Source: a virus (Duplodnaviria > Caudoviricetes). From it: a stretch of DNA of 51,266 nucleotides. The stretch is taken from the IMG/VR virus record IMGVR_UViG_3300033407_000023, positions 1-51,266 of that record; one strand, 5' to 3'. A model generated the notes under the pieces. That model ran no database searches. It had not been told where the DNA came from and saw only the letters and a list, made by a program, of their open reading frames with translations. Below, one piece after another: positions 25,930 through 36,378 of this stretch. The position numbers and the translations under genes are program-made. Numbering within the stretch: position 1 is the stretch's first letter; every line of letters begins with the position of its first letter.

Positions 25930-26127
25930 ATGGCGGAGGAAACGCAGTGTTTACGCAGGCCAGGGAAGCTCGAACGCAGAGCTAATGATATTACGGAAGC
26001 TATCAGAAAGTTGATATTGGCTGAAGCCCCAGGTGTAAGTAAGGGGTTGATTTTAGTTGAAATACCAGTTTTGAACGGTGGGTTGCCGGACGGTAATATC
26101 AGTATTAAAAAAAATATGTCGATTTGA
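25930..26127 (+). CDS. Small hypothetical protein upstream of the packaging genes
   Basis: 65 aa from the ATG after GGAAGGG; lies just before the late-operon terminator. Confidence 0.55.
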   Translation: MAEETQCLRRPGKLERRANDITEAIRKLILAEAPGVSKGLILVEIPVLNGGLPDGNISIKKNMSI

Positions 26128-26174
26128 TTAATCGGTAGATGCTAATTGACCCCTGATTTAGTTCAGGGATTGTT

Positions 26175-26230
26175 AAAAAGCCCCGAATTAAAGCGGATTT
26201 ATCCCGCTTTGGTTCGGGGCTTTTTTTTTT
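26175..26230 (+). terminator. Strong intrinsic terminator directly upstream of terS
   Basis: AAAAAGCCCCGAATTAAAGCGG/CCGCTTTGGTTCGGGGC followed by T10. Confidence 0.85.
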
Positions 26231-26240
26231 GGAGTTTTTT

Positions 26241-26879
26241 ATGGCGAAAGATTGGGAAAGGATCGAAAGGGATTATCGACTGGGGCAGAAATCGATACGT
26301 ACTCTTGCGACTGAAAACCGGGTCAGTCCATCAACAATCTCCAGAAGAGTGCATAAAGAAGGGTGGGTACAGGATAAAACCGAGGAAATTCGGGTACGTA
26401 CCAGAGCAGCCCTAAATGTCCAAAATGACCCAAATGCCACGCAACACCCCACGCAACAAAAGCGCAACACACCGTCGCGAGCTGACATCGAAATCGCTGT
26501 GATGACCAATGTTACTGTGATTCGCGAGCATAGGAAGAGCATACTTACCGGGCGTCAGTTGGTTCAGTTGCTGGCAGGGCAGTTAAACGAAGCAGCGAAT
26601 AAGCGAAATGAGATAGAAGAGGATATTTGCATTGATACAGAAAAAGGTGGTGAAGGGGGGAAGAAGGAGACTGACTATCGGAGAAGAAATACCATGCTTA
26701 AAGCTGTTTCTCTTCCCGCCCATGCAGCTGTTCTTCGAGATCTGTCCACCGCTTTAAAAAATCTAATTCCACTCGAACGGCAGGCTTTCAATCTCGATGA
26801 AGATAAGGAAAAGAAAACCCCGGCTATGATGTCCGATGATGAGCTTGAACAAGAGCTGAAGAGTTTACGAAATGGCTAA
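26241..26879 (+). CDS. terS: Terminase small subunit
   Basis: DWERIERDYRLGQKSIRTLA HTH N-terminus, LIPLERQAFNLD, MSDDEL C-terminus; overlaps terL. Confidence 0.8.
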   Translation: MAKDWERIERDYRLGQKSIRTLATENRVSPSTISRRVHKEGWVQDKTEEIRVRTRAALNVQNDPNATQHPTQQKRNTPSRADIEIAVMTNVTVIREHRKSILTGRQLVQLLAGQLNEAANKRNEIEEDICIDTEKGGEGGKKETDYRRRNTMLKAVSLPAHAAVLRDLSTALKNLIPLERQAFNLDEDKEKKTPAMMSDDELEQELKSLRNG

Positions 26880-28344
26880 GCCTCAATCAAGGGTTGAGAT
26901 AATTCGAGAAATCGAATTGCTGCGGGAGTTGCGGCGGCGGGGAACCGAGCCTCATCGCTGTTATCATCCCTATGTTCCTCAGTTGGAATTTCACACCAGG
27001 GGGAAGGATTACAACGAACGAGGATTCTTTGCCGGTAATCAGTTAGGGAAAACGCTGTCGGCTGCTCATGAGGCTTTTTATCACGCTTCCGGGGTGTATC
27101 CGGATTGGTGGCCGGGAGTGCGGTTTGAAAAGGCCAATGTCGGGTGGATTGGTGGTGATACTGGTGAGACGATCCGGGACACCTCACAACGATTGTTGCT
27201 TGATCGCCCAGGTAAACTCGATGGTGATGCTGATAAGTACACGGGGATTATCCCTATTCGGCTGCTGTCGGGGAAACCCAAGATGGCCTCCGGAGTGCCT
27301 GATCTGGTCGATCATTTCAGTATCAAGCATGTTTGCGGGGGTAGAAGTTATATCTATTTCAAGAGTTATTCGAAAGGCCGGCAGAAGTGGCAGGGAGATA
27401 CCATCGACTGGTTGTGGCTGGATGAGGAACCGCCTTATGAGATTTATTCGGAAGGATTGACCAGGACCAACAAGGGGCAAAATGGGCAACTCTCATTTAT
27501 GACCTTCACTCCTCTGCTTGGTATGTCAAAGGTGGTTACCAAATTCTTGAAGGAGCCATCCCGGCAGCAGATTGTCACCCGGATGACTATCCATGACGTT
27601 ACGCATTATACCGAACGTGAGAAGCAGGATATCATCGCCAGTTATCCGGCCCATGAACGCGACGCCCGGGCGGAAGGTACACCGATCATGGGTTCAGGAC
27701 GGGTTTTTGCTGAAATTGTAGAGCAGGATATTCTTGAACATAGGCTGCTTGAGATCCCGGACTGGTGGCGGCATATCCTGGGCATCGATTTCGGGTGGGA
27801 TCATCCATCTGCGGCTGTGCATCTTATTCATGATCCGGAAACCGATGTGGTGCATATTCGGAAAACCCACAGGAAGAGAGAGGCCACACCGATTGTTTTT
27901 GCGGGGGGAATGCTCAGCTGGCCGAAAATTCCCGTTGCATGGCCTCATGATGGATTGCAGCACGATAAGGGCAGCGGGGTGCAGATTGCCAAGCAGTACA
28001 AACTTGCAGGGCTGAACATGTTGGAAGAGAGAGCCACTTTTGAAGATGGTTCGAATGGTCTTGAAGCCGGGGTAACGGAGATGTTGACCAGGATGCAAAC
28101 CGGCAGGCTAAAGGTCGATAGCTCTCTAGTTGACTGGATAGATGAGTTCAGGATGTACCACAGGAAAAATGGAGTGATCGTGCCACTGGTCGATGATCTG
28201 CTCAGTGCAACGAGGTATGGGCTTATGATGTTGCGCTTTGCTAAACCGCTCAGCGACTGCATTCCAAAGCCGAAGAAAACATGGCGGGACAGACTGTTAA
28301 ATCACACTGGAGCTGGTGGTTCTACTTCTCCGATGGCGGCTTAA
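26872..28344 (+). CDS. terL: Terminase large subunit (P22-like)
   Basis: AGNQLGKT Walker A, WLDEEP Walker B, TFTP motif III, GIDFGWDHP nuclease, DDLLSATRY. Confidence 0.95.
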   Translation: MAKPQSRVEIIREIELLRELRRRGTEPHRCYHPYVPQLEFHTRGKDYNERGFFAGNQLGKTLSAAHEAFYHASGVYPDWWPGVRFEKANVGWIGGDTGETIRDTSQRLLLDRPGKLDGDADKYTGIIPIRLLSGKPKMASGVPDLVDHFSIKHVCGGRSYIYFKSYSKGRQKWQGDTIDWLWLDEEPPYEIYSEGLTRTNKGQNGQLSFMTFTPLLGMSKVVTKFLKEPSRQQIVTRMTIHDVTHYTEREKQDIIASYPAHERDARAEGTPIMGSGRVFAEIVEQDILEHRLLEIPDWWRHILGIDFGWDHPSAAVHLIHDPETDVVHIRKTHRKREATPIVFAGGMLSWPKIPVAWPHDGLQHDKGSGVQIAKQYKLAGLNMLEERATFEDGSNGLEAGVTEMLTRMQTGRLKVDSSLVDWIDEFRMYHRKNGVIVPLVDDLLSATRYGLMMLRFAKPLSDCIPKPKKTWRDRLLNHTGAGGSTSPMAA

Positions 28345-28368
28345 GCAGGATAGATACGGCGAGATAAA

Positions 28369-30519
28369 ATGAAGAATGATCTGAAAATTGTTGAGCGAAA
28401 TTACAAGCGCTATCTGTACGCCAAGGATGCGCACCAGGTCTATGTCGGCAAGGCCATCCGTAATGAAAATTTCTATTGGGGCGATGGTGGGCAATGGAAA
28501 GAGAAAGATCGTAAGGCCCTGGAGAGCGTTGGGCGGTTTGTTGCCGAGTTTAACCAGGTGCAGGGCACTGTTGATACCATTGTCGGGATGCAGCTGCAGA
28601 ACCGGGTGGATATGTCCTTTAAGCCAAGGAATGTCGGGGGCGACGAAGAGAAGGCGGAAGTGCTCACCAAGGTTATTATGCAGCTTTGTGATGATATCAA
28701 ATATCAGTACAAAGAATCCCAGGCCTATGAGGATGGACGGATCGAACAGCGCGGTTTTCTCGAGTTCAGGATGGACTTTGATGAGAATTTCCGGGGCGAT
28801 ATCGTTCTTGACGCTTTAGATCCGAGGGACTGTCTGCCTGATCCTGACGCCACGTCATATTATCCAAAGGATTGGGGTGATTTTATCAAACTCCGCTGGA
28901 TGAGCTTTGACGACATAGAGGGTGAGTACGGTAAGAAAAAAGCCGATGAGGTTCGACTTCGTTCCGGTGAAAATAATACTGATGAAGATAAGCTTGATCG
29001 TAACAGCTTTGGTGATAATGCCATCAATTACACTCAAGACGACTACACCGACAACGGGATCCGGATGTATCTGGTCATCGACCGGCAGTGGAAGCGGCGA
29101 AATGTGGTTGAAATCGCTTATTACTCAAAATCGGGTGATGAGTTTGTTGCGGACGATATGCCCCCGGAAGAGAGAGCCCGGCATGAAGCTGCAGGGGCTA
29201 TCTTCACTAAAAAAGCAAAAAAGCGTATTCGCTGGACTGTGACCTGCGGCGATGTGCTGCTTCATGATGATTGGAGCCCCTACCGAACCTATACCGTTAT
29301 TCCTTATTTTCCAAAATTTAGACGGGGTCGGACCCAAGGAGACGTGGACAATTTGATATCCCCTCAGGAAACGTATAACAAGTCCATCTCTCAGTTTGTC
29401 AATATCGTCAATTCGGCGGCGAACAGCGGGTGGATATTCGAGCAGGATTCGCTGGTTGACATGACAAAGCATGATTTGGCCGATCATGGCGCTTCAACTG
29501 GGCTGGTTTTGGAGGTTGTAAAGGGGGCCGAAAAGCCGCAGAAGATTGAGCCGAATAAAGTGCCTACCGGGCTGGACAGGATGATTGACCGTTCGGCGGT
29601 GGCAATCAAAGAAATTTCCGGAGTTGATAATGCTCAGCGTGGGGCCAACAGTAATGAAAGGTCGGGAGTTGCGGTCGAAGGCTTGCAGTTTGCCGGAGGC
29701 GCGCAGCGGGCACGATCAAATGACAACCTGGCCTTGACCCGTGAGTTATCGGCTCAAAAACTGGTTGAACTGGTTAAGGATTTTTACACCGAAGAGCGGG
29801 TTTTTACTATCACTGACAGTAGCGATCCTTCCCGTGTCAAATATGAGCAGGTGGCTATCAACCAGGTGACGCCGGAAGGGGCGATTCTAAATGACTTCAC
29901 GGTGGGAGAATATGATGTAGTGGTAACCGAGATGCCTACTCAAGCCACATTTATGGATAGCCAGTTCAAACAGGCAAGAGAAATGCGAAAGGATATGGGG
30001 ATAAATATTCCCGATGCCCGGATCATTGAGATGTCGAGTCTCACCAAAAAACACGACATCATTAAAGAGATGTCGGAAACCAACGAGCCCCCGCCTGATC
30101 CGAAGCTTCAAGCGGAAGCCGAACGGGCGATGGCTCAGGCACGGCTGGCTGATGCCAATGTGGAGAAGGTTAAGGCCGAAACTGTGTCTACAAGGATTGA
30201 ATCGCAGTATTCCGCCATCCAGACTGCAGGGGTTATTGCCGCTACTCCGCAAACTGCACCACTTGGCGATGAGCTGATGGGGAGTGCCGGGTATGTAGAC
30301 TCTAACCAGGCTCCGATCATGCCGAATTATGTGGGACCAGGAGCAGAGCAGGGATTAACAGGGATTGATTTATCAGGACAGGCGGAATTACCACCAAATA
30401 CCAACCCGACCACTCCGGTACCGGTTCCGCTTCCACCGGACCCAACCACAGGGGTGAGGCGGGGGATTGAAACTCAAAGGATTGAAGGAGATAGACCATG
30501 GCAAAGGCTTGCGCAATGA
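28369..30519 (+). CDS. Portal protein (P22-like)
   Basis: 716 aa after terL; NENFYWGDGGQW, LISPQETYNKS, GEYDVVV; Pro-rich tail. Confidence 0.88.
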   Translation: MKNDLKIVERNYKRYLYAKDAHQVYVGKAIRNENFYWGDGGQWKEKDRKALESVGRFVAEFNQVQGTVDTIVGMQLQNRVDMSFKPRNVGGDEEKAEVLTKVIMQLCDDIKYQYKESQAYEDGRIEQRGFLEFRMDFDENFRGDIVLDALDPRDCLPDPDATSYYPKDWGDFIKLRWMSFDDIEGEYGKKKADEVRLRSGENNTDEDKLDRNSFGDNAINYTQDDYTDNGIRMYLVIDRQWKRRNVVEIAYYSKSGDEFVADDMPPEERARHEAAGAIFTKKAKKRIRWTVTCGDVLLHDDWSPYRTYTVIPYFPKFRRGRTQGDVDNLISPQETYNKSISQFVNIVNSAANSGWIFEQDSLVDMTKHDLADHGASTGLVLEVVKGAEKPQKIEPNKVPTGLDRMIDRSAVAIKEISGVDNAQRGANSNERSGVAVEGLQFAGGAQRARSNDNLALTRELSAQKLVELVKDFYTEERVFTITDSSDPSRVKYEQVAINQVTPEGAILNDFTVGEYDVVVTEMPTQATFMDSQFKQAREMRKDMGINIPDARIIEMSSLTKKHDIIKEMSETNEPPPDPKLQAEAERAMAQARLADANVEKVKAETVSTRIESQYSAIQTAGVIAATPQTAPLGDELMGSAGYVDSNQAPIMPNYVGPGAEQGLTGIDLSGQAELPPNTNPTTPVPVPLPPDPTTGVRRGIETQRIEGDRPWQRLAQ

Positions 30520-30671
30520 AGGAAGAGAATGATTGGCGGATTGAGGAAGATGTAAGAACCCTCGCTAGAGCCGAGGAGATCAAAAAAGATCCAAAGCGAA
30601 TGGCTGCTGCCAAGAAGATGGCGCAAGAGAAGATCGAACGAATGAAGACTATAGCCTCTGGTGCTGTCTAA
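30498..30671 (+). CDS. Small phage protein (57 aa; not in the ORF track)
   Basis: AAGGAG Shine-Dalgarno; MAKACAMKEENDWRIEEDVRTLARAEEIKKDPKRMAAAKKMAQEKIERMKTIASGAV. Confidence 0.75.
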   Translation: MAKACAMKEENDWRIEEDVRTLARAEEIKKDPKRMAAAKKMAQEKIERMKTIASGAV

Positions 30672-30734
30672 ATTTAGGTAAATAGTTGCCGGACATTTCG
30701 GCAAATGCAGAAAAAAACAGGAAGGGAGCGAGCA

Positions 30735-31916
30735 ATGTTTGAAGAAGCCGAAGAAGGGAATGTTGGAGTTGAAGGAATCGATAGCGATTTGGATAAAGGA
30801 GTCGCCGGAGACACTGGAGTGGAGAGCTCTGAAGATTTGCGGCAACATGCCGTTGATCGAGGAGATTTTATTGAAGGCGATGATGTTTTCCTGGAAGATG
30901 GTTCAGATGCTGGTGAAGATGGAAAAGACCAGGATGCCAAGGATAAGCAGGTTGATGGTGATGAGGACGGTACCAACAAAGTTGGCGATGGCAAGGCTAA
31001 GGGCGACGATTTAGGCGACGGATCCGGTGACAGAGGAGAAGGCGGGGATCTGGACGCCGATATGCTCGCTTCAGTTGCCGCGCTTCATGGCGGAGATGAA
31101 TCCGGCAAACAGAATGGAATGCCCTTTAGCCGGGCCAATGCCATTGCCAGGGAAAAGAACGCTGCCCTTGATCTGAGTACCGCTATTATCAATGGGGTGG
31201 TCGACAAGCGGTGGATTGAGGATATGGGCGGGGTGAATGTCATCGCTAAGGGGATGGTCAGCGGTGAGATTGTTCTTCCTGGAGCCCAATCAGGTGAAAC
31301 GGGTACGGCTCAGGGAGTGCACCCGGAGATTGCCGGGTTAGAAACAAAGCTTGATGACCTGAATGGTAAACTGGCGGACGCCACCATTGACGCGAATCAG
31401 GAAGAGATAAAAAGGCTGAATAAAGAGATTAATTCCGTCAATCGTCAGCTCTTTCGGACAGAAACGAGGATCGAACAGGAAACTGCCACTGAGCAGGCCA
31501 GGCTGAGCGCTGCCGAGCAAGACAAGGCGACGGTTGAACAGGTGATGGTCGATCTTTGGGGTAAACATCCTGCCCTGCATTCGGACACCAATGAATATAT
31601 CGCATTTATGGCCAGACGCGACACGTATCTCCGTAACGGAAAATTGATGTCAGAGGCATTAAAGCTTGCCGAAAAGGAGACGTTCCCTTCGGATGATTCC
31701 GGTACCGGCGACGCTGGATCCGGCAAAGCCACAGAAAGACAGATTGCAGCAAGAGAAAAAGGAGCAAGGGCAAGTGCCGCACAACCTTCCGCCGGTAAAG
31801 CCGGAGCAGGCGTCAGATCGAACAAAGCCCCTCGGGGTGTAGAAGCGCTCAGTGATGATGAGTTTGACAACATGTCTGAAGAGGACAAGGCAAAAGCCCG
31901 TGGTGATGTTGTTTAA
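30735..31916 (+). CDS. Capsid scaffolding protein
   Basis: Acidic disordered N-terminus, coiled coil, C-terminal LSDDEFDNMSEEDKAKARGD; sits between portal and capsid genes. Confidence 0.8.
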   Translation: MFEEAEEGNVGVEGIDSDLDKGVAGDTGVESSEDLRQHAVDRGDFIEGDDVFLEDGSDAGEDGKDQDAKDKQVDGDEDGTNKVGDGKAKGDDLGDGSGDRGEGGDLDADMLASVAALHGGDESGKQNGMPFSRANAIAREKNAALDLSTAIINGVVDKRWIEDMGGVNVIAKGMVSGEIVLPGAQSGETGTAQGVHPEIAGLETKLDDLNGKLADATIDANQEEIKRLNKEINSVNRQLFRTETRIEQETATEQARLSAAEQDKATVEQVMVDLWGKHPALHSDTNEYIAFMARRDTYLRNGKLMSEALKLAEKETFPSDDSGTGDAGSGKATERQIAAREKGARASAAQPSAGKAGAGVRSNKAPRGVEALSDDEFDNMSEEDKAKARGDVV

Positions 31917-32130
31917 GTAGCAAAGTTATCTGTAGTAAGAGATTTCCGTCACTCTTTAATGACGGAAGGGTCACAACCAAATAGTGCAACTTCGGGAGTA
32001 AGCACGAACGCTACCACTGAACCGGCAGGTGAATAACAGCCGCATCTCGTTGATTCCATCCGTATTGGAATGAAAAGGCAAGGGGTAGATCCCTTTAAGT
32101 TTTTTACATATCAATCAATGAGGTTTTACC

Positions 32131-33252
32131 ATGGGTGTTACAAATTTTGCCGGTTTGACTGCGGAACAAAAAATAGTTTGGTCTCGGGATGTCTGGTCCG
32201 GGGCTCGTGACGCTATGTTCCTCAATAAGTTTATCGGTAAGGATGAGACTGCAATGGTCCAGCTTATCACCGAACTCACGGAAACAGAAAAAGGTGCGGA
32301 GGCGCTGATGTTTCTGGTTGCCGATCTTATCGGCGATGGTGTGGTGGGCGATAATGAACGCGAAGGCAACGAGGAAGAGCTGGTCAGCTACAGTCAGAAA
32401 ATTTTAATCGATCTGATTACCAACTCGACCAAGAACAAGGGTAAGATGGCTAATCAAAAGACCTGTATCAATTTTCGTAAGCAATCAAAAAACAAGCTGT
32501 CCTACTGGCTGGGTAACCGGATTGACCAACTGGGTTTTCTTACCGGCTCGGGGATTTCCTACGCCTACCAGAACAACGGTGCCGCTCGGGTTAATTCGGC
32601 ATTTCCTTTTCTGGAATTCGCTGCCGATGTGAAACCGCCTTCCCCAAACCGTCATGTCAATTTTAACGGAACGGATCTGGAAGCGGGCGACACTTCCGCC
32701 ATCACCACCGCATATCTGCCAACATACCGTATGTTGGTACAGGCTACAGCCTTTGCCAAAGATCATTACATCAAACCTCTCACCAAAGGCGGAAAGGATT
32801 ACTTCGCGCTGTTATGCCGTCCCGGCACCATTGCTCAGCTTAAACAGGACAAAGACTATATTGCAGCTGTTATCACTGCGCTGCCCCGCTCGCTGACCAA
32901 TCCATTTTTTACCGGTGGAGTGGTGACGGTGGACGGATTGGTCCTGCACGAACATCGACTGGTCTATAATACCAGTGGTGCTCCGGTCGGTCAGAAATGG
33001 GGAGCAGATGGCACGGTCAACGGCACCAGGACCCTGCTTATGGGGCAGCAGGCCCTTGGTTTCTGTAAACTCGGCAAACCCTCATGGGTAGAGAAAGGCT
33101 TCGATTACGAAAGCAAGCAGGGCATTAACGTTGATCAGATGATCGGCTGGGTTAAACCTCAGTATCCTTCTATTTATGAAGCAGACAAAGAACAGAAGGA
33201 AGATTTCGGTATTTTGGCTATTGATCACGCCCTGCCTTTTGTCAGTGCATAG
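32131..33252 (+). CDS. Major capsid protein (N4-gp56/DUF4043-type)
   Basis: TNFAGLT...WSRDVW, GDGVVGDNEREGNEE, NPFFTG, DFGILAID; position after the scaffold. Confidence 0.9.
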   Translation: MGVTNFAGLTAEQKIVWSRDVWSGARDAMFLNKFIGKDETAMVQLITELTETEKGAEALMFLVADLIGDGVVGDNEREGNEEELVSYSQKILIDLITNSTKNKGKMANQKTCINFRKQSKNKLSYWLGNRIDQLGFLTGSGISYAYQNNGAARVNSAFPFLEFAADVKPPSPNRHVNFNGTDLEAGDTSAITTAYLPTYRMLVQATAFAKDHYIKPLTKGGKDYFALLCRPGTIAQLKQDKDYIAAVITALPRSLTNPFFTGGVVTVDGLVLHEHRLVYNTSGAPVGQKWGADGTVNGTRTLLMGQQALGFCKLGKPSWVEKGFDYESKQGINVDQMIGWVKPQYPSIYEADKEQKEDFGILAIDHALPFVSA

Positions 33253-33343
33253 TCGCTTGAGGTAGCGGTTTTTACCGATGGCAGGCCTTTATGGCTCCTG
33301 TCATCGGCTTGAAGGTAAAGATAAATATTTGAGGTAACAGGGT

Positions 33344-33739
33344 ATGAAGAAGAACTATTTGCGACAATCAACACTGAACGTTATCCAGGACTTTGATTTT
33401 TCCGATTTCGTCGGCAAGAGCGGAGTTGCGCAACTGGCTGTTGAGGTGCCCGGAGGAGCTGTCGCGGTTGGTGGACAGCTTGTAGTGGATACCGCCTTCA
33501 ATTCAGGCGTATCGGACACTTTTAAGGTTGGCGACAGTGCTGCCGACAATCGCTATGGAGCAGCAATTAACGGGCAGGCGGAAGCTGCAACAGACCTGAC
33601 TATTACCGGGCATTCGTACTCGGCTCAGGACAACGTGACACTCACCTGGACTGGTGCCGGTGCCGCTCCCACTGCTGGGGCCGGACGGCTGATTATGCAG
33701 TATGTGGTTGCCGGTCGGGCCCATTGCACCCAAGGGTAG
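33344..33739 (+). CDS. Capsid decoration/cement-like protein
   Basis: 131-aa Gly/Ala-rich beta protein after the MCP (TAFNSG...GAAPTAG). Confidence 0.65.
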   Translation: MKKNYLRQSTLNVIQDFDFSDFVGKSGVAQLAVEVPGGAVAVGGQLVVDTAFNSGVSDTFKVGDSAADNRYGAAINGQAEAATDLTITGHSYSAQDNVTLTWTGAGAAPTAGAGRLIMQYVVAGRAHCTQG

Positions 33740-33748
33740 GTGTTTCGT

Positions 33749-33790
33749 GGCCATGATCGGGATCTGTGTTGCTGGATCCCGATCATGGCC
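33749..33790 (+). terminator. Strong hairpin after the head genes (terminator or stability element)
   Basis: 16-bp perfect inverted repeat GGCCATGATCGGGATC/GATCCCGATCATGGCC; no clear U-tract. Confidence 0.55.
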
Positions 33791-33841
33791 GAATTAAAAC
33801 AAACCAATGTAAATTGTCATATTAAAATTTAGCAGGGGAGC

Positions 33842-34309
33842 ATGAGAAAAATGCCGGAGTATATCAATCCAGGAGAAGGCCGGGTACGAGTCGCATCGAC
33901 ATCCGGGCATGTGGTATTTATCGGAGCGGACAAGCCAACAAAGATTCAGGAAAACATGGAAGCCGAAGCCAAGGCGAAAGGATGCCTGCCAATGTCCACA
34001 TTCAAGGCATTGGAGGAGAGGATAACCAAGCAGTTGGCCGGTGAAAAATCTCCTGATGGATCAACCATCGAACCGAGTGAAGCCGCCACATCTCCGCCTG
34101 TTTCCACGAGCATTCTTACCGAGAACGAAAAACTTAAAAAAGTTGTTGAGGCAATGGAGCTGATGCTTGATGCCGATGCCGGTGAAAATTATTTCACCGG
34201 TCAGGGTCAGCCTCGGGCTGCAGCGGTTGAAGAACTGGCAGGGTTTGCAGTGAATAAGGAATTGCGCGAGCAGGCCTGGGATATCGTCTGCATGGACGAC
34301 AAAAAGTAA
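33842..34309 (+). CDS. Hypothetical virion-morphogenesis protein
   Basis: RVASTSGH and FTGQGQP...LAGF motifs; position in the structural operon. Confidence 0.7.
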   Translation: MRKMPEYINPGEGRVRVASTSGHVVFIGADKPTKIQENMEAEAKAKGCLPMSTFKALEERITKQLAGEKSPDGSTIEPSEAATSPPVSTSILTENEKLKKVVEAMELMLDADAGENYFTGQGQPRAAAVEELAGFAVNKELREQAWDIVCMDDKK

Positions 34310-34324
34310 AAAGGACTGATTGTA

Positions 34325-34966
34325 ATGGCTAATTTGGGCACGCTTATCGAAAAGGTTACACGTCGGATACTGGATGATTCCTTCACTGAAGACGAGATAA
34401 CAGAATATCTCAACGAAGGGTTAAATGTTGTTTCCGGGGCAGTGAAGTTACCGGAACTTGATGCAGTCGGCGAAGTTACGACCGCCACGGATGCTATAAG
34501 CGTGCCCTTGCCGGAGAATTATCAGCGGGGGTTGTATCGTTGTGAAGTGAAAGACACCGGCAAGAAGGTAACTGTCCTTAATAACAAGGGGCAGTTGGCA
34601 GTCTACAGTCATGGGCTGAAGAACGAGGGCGATGTCAGCCATGTTGCTGTTGTCGGCAGAGAGCTTTTCTATCAGGCCCAACCTTCCGTCGCCACGACGC
34701 TGGTCTTGCATTATTACCGGAAGCCTACACCGCTTGCGGCTGAAGACGATGAACCGAGTTGTCTGCCGGTCCATTATCATAACAGGCTGCTGGAATCGTA
34801 TGCCTGCGGGGAAATATTTGAGCTGATCGAAGATGGGCTTGAAGGCGGAACCCCCAATACCGACCGGCAGCAAAAGAAGTTTTGGGCCCTGGTTGGAGAA
34901 CTCAAAAAAGAGCTCAAGGAAGGAGTGAGCAATCCCCCTCCACCTTTAACTAAAGTGAATTTCTGA
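34325..34966 (+). CDS. Head-tail adaptor (tail tubular protein A-like)
   Basis: EITEYLNEG, LPENY, YYRKP...DDEP.LP..YH pattern. Confidence 0.7.
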   Translation: MANLGTLIEKVTRRILDDSFTEDEITEYLNEGLNVVSGAVKLPELDAVGEVTTATDAISVPLPENYQRGLYRCEVKDTGKKVTVLNNKGQLAVYSHGLKNEGDVSHVAVVGRELFYQAQPSVATTLVLHYYRKPTPLAAEDDEPSCLPVHYHNRLLESYACGEIFELIEDGLEGGTPNTDRQQKKFWALVGELKKELKEGVSNPPPPLTKVNF

Positions 34967-35895
34967 TGGCGATTAAACCGAAAACATTATTTGCCGGACT
35001 TTCCGGGCTGAACACCAAGATTGACCCAGTTCGCATCATGTACGATCCGGAAACCGGTATCGGTGAACTACAGGAAGCTGTCAACGTTGATATCGATGAT
35101 TCCGGCATGATCTCCAGGCGCAAGGGTCAGATGGATATCTCGCTCGACGCTTTTGACGATGTGTTCTGTGATAAAGGTGATTGTTACGCGGTTAAAAACA
35201 GGGCAAGTGATACGGCTATCTATCAACTTTCTGCTGACATGGTGACATTGACCGGGGTATGGGCAGGACTTGCCAAAGGTGCAAGGATTTCATTCTGCCA
35301 GGTTGGTGACAAATCATTTTATTCAAACGGGTATCAGTCTGGATATTTTGAGGCAGGAATAAGGTACCCATGGCCGACACTCACACCTGACGGCGTAGAA
35401 ACTACCAGAGAGTTTTTCCAGGCTCCTATTGGCACAATCATAGGCCATTATGACGGCCACATGCTGATGGTACAGGGCAATGTTGTGTGGATCACCGAGC
35501 GCTATGAGTATGGCAAGGTCCGGATGGCAAAGAACTTTTGGCAGATGGGCACAGATATCACCATGATGAAACCTGTTGCCGGTGGGATATGGCTATCAGA
35601 TCAGCAGCAGACGGGGTTTGTTTCTGGTGATGGATATATCTCAGGATTTGGTTTTAACAAAAAATCATCTTTCCCGGCACATGAACGGTCGGCAAACATT
35701 GAACTGGTTGACCTGAGCCAGTCCGCATTTGAGGTGCCCGGATTGAGTGCTGTTTGGTCATGTGACGCGGGGTTGTGCATTGGCACGGAACAAGGGCAGT
35801 TGATTGTTGCTACAGGGGCCAAATTAGTCTATCCGACGGGTGGCAGCGGTGCGACTGTCGTTAATGGGCATGTTGTTATTAATTCGGTTTATTAA
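34966..35895 (+). CDS. Tail nozzle/tubular protein B-like beta-propeller
   Basis: FAGLSGLNT...AVNVDIDDSG..SRRKG N-terminus typical of podovirus nozzle proteins. Confidence 0.55.
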   Translation: MAIKPKTLFAGLSGLNTKIDPVRIMYDPETGIGELQEAVNVDIDDSGMISRRKGQMDISLDAFDDVFCDKGDCYAVKNRASDTAIYQLSADMVTLTGVWAGLAKGARISFCQVGDKSFYSNGYQSGYFEAGIRYPWPTLTPDGVETTREFFQAPIGTIIGHYDGHMLMVQGNVVWITERYEYGKVRMAKNFWQMGTDITMMKPVAGGIWLSDQQQTGFVSGDGYISGFGFNKKSSFPAHERSANIELVDLSQSAFEVPGLSAVWSCDAGLCIGTEQGQLIVATGAKLVYPTGGSGATVVNGHVVINSVY

Positions 35896-35907
35896 AAGGA
35901 AACGGCA

Positions 35908-36378
35908 ATGGAAAGATTAAGTACAGGTTTTGTAAACGCGACGCAGATAGCAGGAAGCACCAAAGATATAATGGCAAACGGGGTAATCGGCATTTACTCC
36001 GGGACACAACCGTTATCGGCAAACGACACCGAATCCGGATCGCTGCTCATGCTTCTCACGTTGGAAGGTGGGGCTTTTGTCGGCGGCGAGGCAACCAACG
36101 GTCTGAATATGGACGCTGTTGTCGATGGTGTTCTTTTTAAAGCCGCCGCCGAAGTTTGGAAGGGTGTCGGTCTACCAGCGGCAGGGACAGGCACCACGGC
36201 GACGTGGTATAGATGGTACGACAACGCATTTACAAAAGGGGCCAGCACTACAGCTGTGCGTTTAGATGGCTCAATCGGCACCACGTCTTCATATGAGATG
36301 CGAATGAGTAACACCACTATCGTTGAAAACGGACCTTCCACTGTTTCCACCTTCACCTATACCAGGCCTAGATCGTAA
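35908..36378 (+). CDS. Virion structural protein
   Basis: IYSGTQP...GTATWYR...RLDGSIG motifs of phage fibre/decoration-type proteins. Confidence 0.7.
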   Translation: MERLSTGFVNATQIAGSTKDIMANGVIGIYSGTQPLSANDTESGSLLMLLTLEGGAFVGGEATNGLNMDAVVDGVLFKAAAEVWKGVGLPAAGTGTTATWYRWYDNAFTKGASTTAVRLDGSIGTTSSYEMRMSNTTIVENGPSTVSTFTYTRPRS

